Shown piece after piece: positions 28,239-32,000 of a stretch of 32,000 bases of DNA. This stretch comes from Candidatus Brocadia sp. Lineage in GTDB: Bacteria > Planctomycetota > Brocadiia > Brocadiales > Brocadiaceae. The stretch's first letter is position 1. Each line of letters starts with the position of its first letter. The stretch is taken from contig CP091279.1 of assembly GCA_021650915.1 (NCBI GenBank), forward strand, positions 3,570,001 to 3,602,000. The letters are read 5' to 3'. Both the position numbers and the translations under genes were made by a program. The notes under the pieces were generated by a model. That model was not told the origin of the DNA. It did no database searches and saw only the letters and a list, made by a program, of their open reading frames with translations.

Positions 28239-30740
28239 ATGGCAAAGAGGGAATACAACTTTATCGATATCGAAGGTAAATGGCAAGGGTTTTGGGAAGG
28301 TTGCGGATTGTTTCGCGCCGATGAAGCTAGCAAGAAGGAGAAGTTCTACTGTCTCGTTATGTTCCCCTATCCATCAGGCACCCTGCATGTTGGTCACGGC
28401 AGAAATTACATTATTGGTGATGTCGTTGCGCGGTACAAGATGATGAAGGGTCATAATGTGCTCTCGGCCATAGGGTGGGATGCCTTTGGCCTTCCCGCGG
28501 AGAATGCCGCAATTAAAGGTGGCACCCATCCTGCCATCTGGACAAAGAATAATATCAAGGCCATGAAACGGCAACTTCACCGGTGGGGGGTTGGATACGA
28601 TTGGGAACGGGAGATCACTTCTTGCAACCCCGATTACTATCAGTGGACACAATGGATATTTCTGAAACTCTACGAAAATAACCTGGCATATAAAAAGAAG
28701 GCCGCGGTAAATTGGTGTCCTTCTTGTGCTACCGTCCTGGCGAACGAACAGGTCGTAGAAGGGTGTTGTGAACGCTGCGATAGCCCGGTACGGCAGCGAG
28801 ACCTTGAACAGTGGTTCTTTCGTATCAGCCAATATGCCCAAAAACTGCTGGACGACATTTCTCTGTTGGAAGGATGGCCTGAGCGGGTCAAGACGATGCA
28901 GGCAAACTGGATTGGCCGCAGTGAAGGAATACGCATTGATTTTAAACTGGAAAATTCTGGCAGGGCATTGCCCTGCTTTACCACACGCCCCGATACGCTT
29001 TACGGGGTAACCTTTATTTCCTTGGCGCCAGAACATCCCGTCCTTCGGGAGTTGATTTCGGGGACTTCCCAGGAAAAGGCAGTGATGGACTTTGCAGAGA
29101 GGGCGCGTAATCAGGGGATGGTGGAACGAACCGCTGAAGGTACCGAGAAGGAGGGCATGTTCACCGGCAAGTACGCCATAAACCCCATCAATAATGACAA
29201 GGTGCCCATTTGGGTAGCCAATTATGTCCTTATGGAATATGGCACGGGGGCCGTTATGGGTGTGCCTGCCCACGACCAGCGGGATTTCCTCTTCGCAAAA
29301 AAGTATAATCTCCTCATCAAAATTGTTATTCAGCCAGGAGATAATGAACTCCACGCCGGCACGATGAAAGAGGCGTACATCGATGATGGCATACAAGTAA
29401 ATTCTGGAAATTTCGATGGGATGCCGAATACGGAGGCGATAAACAAGATTACCATACACCTCGAATTCAAAGGGCTTGGCACAAAGACCGTAACCTATCG
29501 GTTGAGGGATTGGCTTATCTCCCGGCAACGTTACTGGGGCGCCCCTATCCCTATCATCTATTGTGAAAAATGCGGCACGCTGCCTGTGCCTGAATCACAG
29601 CTTCCCGTAATACTACCCGAAGCGGTGGAATTTAAACCGCATGGCATGAGTCCTCTGGCGGAGGTGGATTCCTTTACCAACACGGTTTGCCCAAAATGTT
29701 CAGGAACCGCTCGCCGTGAAATCGACACGATGGATACCTTTGTCGATTCAAGCTGGTATTTCCTGAGATATCTCTCCCCGAAGGATAGCAGTCATCCCTT
29801 TGTTACAAAGAAAGTCAACAAATGGCTGCCAGTAGATCAATATATTGGAGGGGTAGAACATGCCATCCTGCATCTCCTTTACTCACGTTTTATTACCAAG
29901 GTGCTTTGCGACCTTGGCTATCTTGATTTTAAAGAACCCTTCCGGCATCTTTTTACCCAAGGGATGATTATCAAAGAAGGGGCAAAGATGTCCAAGTCCA
30001 GAGGTAATGTGGTAAGTCCGGATATTCTCATTGATAAATACGGGGCAGACACCCAGCGGCTCTATATCCTTTTCATAGGGCCACCCCAGAAAGATGCCGA
30101 GTGGAATGACCGCGGGGTGATTGGCGCTCATCGTTTTCTCAATCGTCTGTGGCAGAAGATTGTTGATTACGAAGACTTCTATATCAGGATACAGCGGGTG
30201 GATATTGTTATAAACAACCTCTCTCCTGCGGCAAAGACCCTTTATCGTCAGACGAACCAGACGATCAGGAAGGTCACGGAAGATATGGAGACCTCATGGC
30301 ATTTCAATACGGCGATTGCTTCTGTGATGGAGTTGCTCAACCATGTGGATGCATTTCATGTTGCCATACCCACCAGCGCTGCGGAAGAGCTTGATTTTCA
30401 TGTCTTCCGCCACTCCATGGAAACAATTCTTTTGCTCATGGCCCCTTTTACCCCACATATCTGTGAGGAACTGTGGGAGGTTATGGGGCACAAGCCAAGC
30501 ATCTTTCAAAAACCATGGCCTGCATATGACAAGGATGCAATTCTGGAGGAGGTTATAGAGATTGTTGTTCAGATCAACAGTAAGGTCAAAAGTCGCTTAT
30601 CAGTGCCAGTTGATATGAGCGAAGATGAGTTGAAAAGAATCGTATTGAACGATGAACGCATTGCCGGATTTTTGCAGGGCAAGAAGGTTATTAATACCAT
30701 CGTAGTGCCGGGCAAATTGGTGAATATTGTGGTAAAATAA
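28239..30740 (+). CDS. leuS: Leucine--tRNA ligase
   Basis: HIGH motif (PSGTLHVGHGRNY), CP1 editing domain, KMSKS motif, 833 aa. ATG 28239 is preferred over TTG 28236. Confidence 0.97.
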   Translation: MAKREYNFIDIEGKWQGFWEGCGLFRADEASKKEKFYCLVMFPYPSGTLHVGHGRNYIIGDVVARYKMMKGHNVLSAIGWDAFGLPAENAAIKGGTHPAIWTKNNIKAMKRQLHRWGVGYDWEREITSCNPDYYQWTQWIFLKLYENNLAYKKKAAVNWCPSCATVLANEQVVEGCCERCDSPVRQRDLEQWFFRISQYAQKLLDDISLLEGWPERVKTMQANWIGRSEGIRIDFKLENSGRALPCFTTRPDTLYGVTFISLAPEHPVLRELISGTSQEKAVMDFAERARNQGMVERTAEGTEKEGMFTGKYAINPINNDKVPIWVANYVLMEYGTGAVMGVPAHDQRDFLFAKKYNLLIKIVIQPGDNELHAGTMKEAYIDDGIQVNSGNFDGMPNTEAINKITIHLEFKGLGTKTVTYRLRDWLISRQRYWGAPIPIIYCEKCGTLPVPESQLPVILPEAVEFKPHGMSPLAEVDSFTNTVCPKCSGTARREIDTMDTFVDSSWYFLRYLSPKDSSHPFVTKKVNKWLPVDQYIGGVEHAILHLLYSRFITKVLCDLGYLDFKEPFRHLFTQGMIIKEGAKMSKSRGNVVSPDILIDKYGADTQRLYILFIGPPQKDAEWNDRGVIGAHRFLNRLWQKIVDYEDFYIRIQRVDIVINNLSPAAKTLYRQTNQTIRKVTEDMETSWHFNTAIASVMELLNHVDAFHVAIPTSAAEELDFHVFRHSMETILLLMAPFTPHICEELWEVMGHKPSIFQKPWPAYDKDAILEEVIEIVVQINSKVKSRLSVPVDMSEDELKRIVLNDERIAGFLQGKKVINTIVVPGKLVNIVVK

Positions 30741-30742
30741 AT

Positions 30743-30767
30743 GTAACAATTTAGCTTTTTGAAAAAT
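30743..30767 (+). repeat. 25-nt dispersed motif, copy D (GTAACAATTTAGCTTTTTGAAAAAT)
   Basis: Starts 3 nt after the leuS stop. Same orientation as copy A. Confidence 0.55.
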
Positions 30768-30803
30768 CCGTACATTCATAGGTAATTCGCGTAAAACGGA
30801 ATG

Positions 30804-30858
30804 CGTAGCGCGGGTGGTTTATCCCCCGCACAGGCCGACCACAAGGGATCGGCGCTAC
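30804..30858. repeat. REP-like compound hairpin (GTAGCGC...GCGCTAC)
   Basis: Outer stem GTAGCGC/GCGCTAC, inner GCCGA/TCGGC. It supplies the apparent N-terminus of track ORF 30801-31046. Confidence 0.4.
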
Positions 30859-30932
30859 CTTTTTCAAAAGGGTTCTCATATAATAGTTTCACGACCCATG
30901 AAGAGACACGAAAAAGCGCAGTACCCGTGGAC

Positions 30933-31124
30933 AGTCTTCACGGCATTGAAGTAAGACCCATCCGGCGGGGAGAACGTATACGCCAATACCATTATCTTGG
31001 GCTTCACTCTCTGATAGGGGAAAGCATCCGGTATCTGGCGATATAGCAGGGACAATGGCTTGCTTAGATGGGATGGTCAGCAGTGGCATTCAAATGCAAG
31101 GTGCGAGACCACTGGATAGGATAG
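30933..31124 (+). pseudogene. Decayed fragment of a DUF4338-like gene with three in-frame TAG codons
   Basis: A single frame reads SLHGIEVRPIRRGERIRQYHYLGLHSLIGESIRYLAI*QGQWLA*MGWSAVAFKCKVRDHWIG*. The HYLG...G..(L/I)RY...W(L/V)A(L)LGWS(A)A..K...RD.WIGW pattern is how I remember DUF4338 proteins. It covers only ~65 of several hundred residues. Confidence 0.4.
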
Positions 31125-31251
31125 CCTTCCTTTCTTCAGAATGATGTTTCGGTTGTGCTTCCACTTTTTTAATGCTTATCGAACAGAATAAAGGTTCGCC
31201 GCAGATAACAACGCTTCGGAGACGACGTGGGACTTATGTGATTTTGCATTC

Positions 31252-31974
31252 TTATTTCAAGCGCAGGAATTTATTTTTTTTCAGATACCAGGCAGTAAAA
31301 AATGCAGTGGCAACAATCATAATCAAAATTAACAACGACCACAAGGTAGACTTGCTGGCCTCATAGCCTTGGTCTAAGTATATATCTTTCATGGTCAAAA
31401 GTAACAGCCCCGTTATCCATGCAAAGGGTGTAGCATATTCTTTGACAATCAATCGTTTCCAGTTAAATTCCATACCTTTTATGGTATTCCCTATTCCTGA
31501 AAAGTCAGGAATGATGCGGTTGACTCGTTTGCAATAATCTTTGAACACCTGACCAAACCTTTTTTCCAGGTAGGTCTCCTCTGCGCATATGATCGCTGCG
31601 TAGGCAAAGAAAAGAAACGGGATTCCAAACATAACAAAGAGGAGAGAATTTCCCGCAATCCCAACTCCAAGAAGAATCAAGATATTTCCAAAATAGAGGG
31701 GGTTTCTACAATGTGCAAAAATCCCTTCCTGAACAAGGGTTTCCGCATGCATCCGCTTCTTTTTGCCGCCTCGTTTAATGTAAGCAAACCCAACGGTGAG
31801 CGCCCGCAATATCTGACCGCTCAGTGCTATGGTAATACCAAGGATAATTTCCCATATTTCCGCGAGTTCGCTATTAAAAACCGGCCATGTCCCCTCAAAG
31901 AAAAGCAATGCAAAGACCAGGGGGAAAAGGGCATTCCGGTATCGGAAAAAGAAATTACCTATTTTAACCATCAT
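31252..31974 (-). CDS. Isoprenylcysteine carboxyl methyltransferase (ICMT/PEMT-like) family membrane protein
   Basis: Multi-TM protein with LVQEGIFAHCRNPLYFGNILILLG, the L(V)T.G.Y...R(N/H)P.Y.G signature of the ICMT / phospholipid methyltransferase superfamily. Confidence 0.8.
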   Translation of the reverse strand: MMVKIGNFFFRYRNALFPLVFALLFFEGTWPVFNSELAEIWEIILGITIALSGQILRALTVGFAYIKRGGKKKRMHAETLVQEGIFAHCRNPLYFGNILILLGVGIAGNSLLFVMFGIPFLFFAYAAIICAEETYLEKRFGQVFKDYCKRVNRIIPDFSGIGNTIKGMEFNWKRLIVKEYATPFAWITGLLLLTMKDIYLDQGYEASKSTLWSLLILIMIVATAFFTAWYLKKNKFLRLK

Positions 31975-32000
31975 TTTACCGCTACTATTCCACAGAAGTT

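Noticed and set aside
28374-29528. 384-aa ORF on the minus strand
   Set aside because: It lies entirely antisense to leuS, whose product has unmistakable HIGH/KMSKS motifs. The composition has no recognisable motifs. It is a shadow ORF.
30801-30932. N-terminal part of ORF 30801-31046 as a real protein start
   Set aside because: Residues MRSAGGLSPAQADHKGSALP are the translation of a REP-like hairpin (30804-30858). Only the downstream part shows protein-like similarity, and that part is a pseudogene fragment.

Overview
This window is mostly housekeeping chromosome. It has one mobile-element-riddled accessory segment and unusually repeat-rich intergenic DNA.

**Gene order, left to right:**
- The 3' part of a tandem LamG-domain protein, whose 5' end lies outside the window.
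- A ~940-bp non-coding tract built from palindromic repeat modules.
- A PocR-like protein, a ParB-less ParA ATPase and a tail-anchored disordered protein; birA converges on this group.
- A chaperone block: groEL(GGM tail)-groES-groEL(no GGM tail), then dnaJ.
- A start/stop-overlapping trio: FmdB zinc ribbon, YacG and a polytopic membrane protein.
- der.
- A minus-strand run: RluA-family pseudouridine synthase, tRNA-Asn(GTT), accD, rpe, pgk, gap.
- murJ.
- A ~5.8-kb segment (22079-27923), described below.
- tRNA-Ala(GGC), leuS, a decayed DUF4338-like fragment and an ICMT-family membrane methyltransferase.

**The accessory segment (22079-27923)** holds:
- a 5'-degraded group II intron with an RT/maturase remnant and clear domains V and VI;
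- an IS1634-family element with perfect 22-bp inverted repeats (IRs) but no target duplication;
- an ISNCY/ISDol1-like element with a 6-bp duplication;
- small ORF remnants.

No rRNA genes, CRISPR arrays, integrases or recognisable defence or toxin genes were found.

I found no convincing novel multi-gene system. The best leads are:
- the ParA module with a membrane-anchored candidate adaptor;
- the FmdB-YacG-membrane trio;
- a 25-nt motif present four times;
- the unexplained non-coding DNA beside the intron remnant.

Gene content and repeat style are reminiscent of Planctomycetota (anammox-type lineages). That is only an impression and cannot be verified here.
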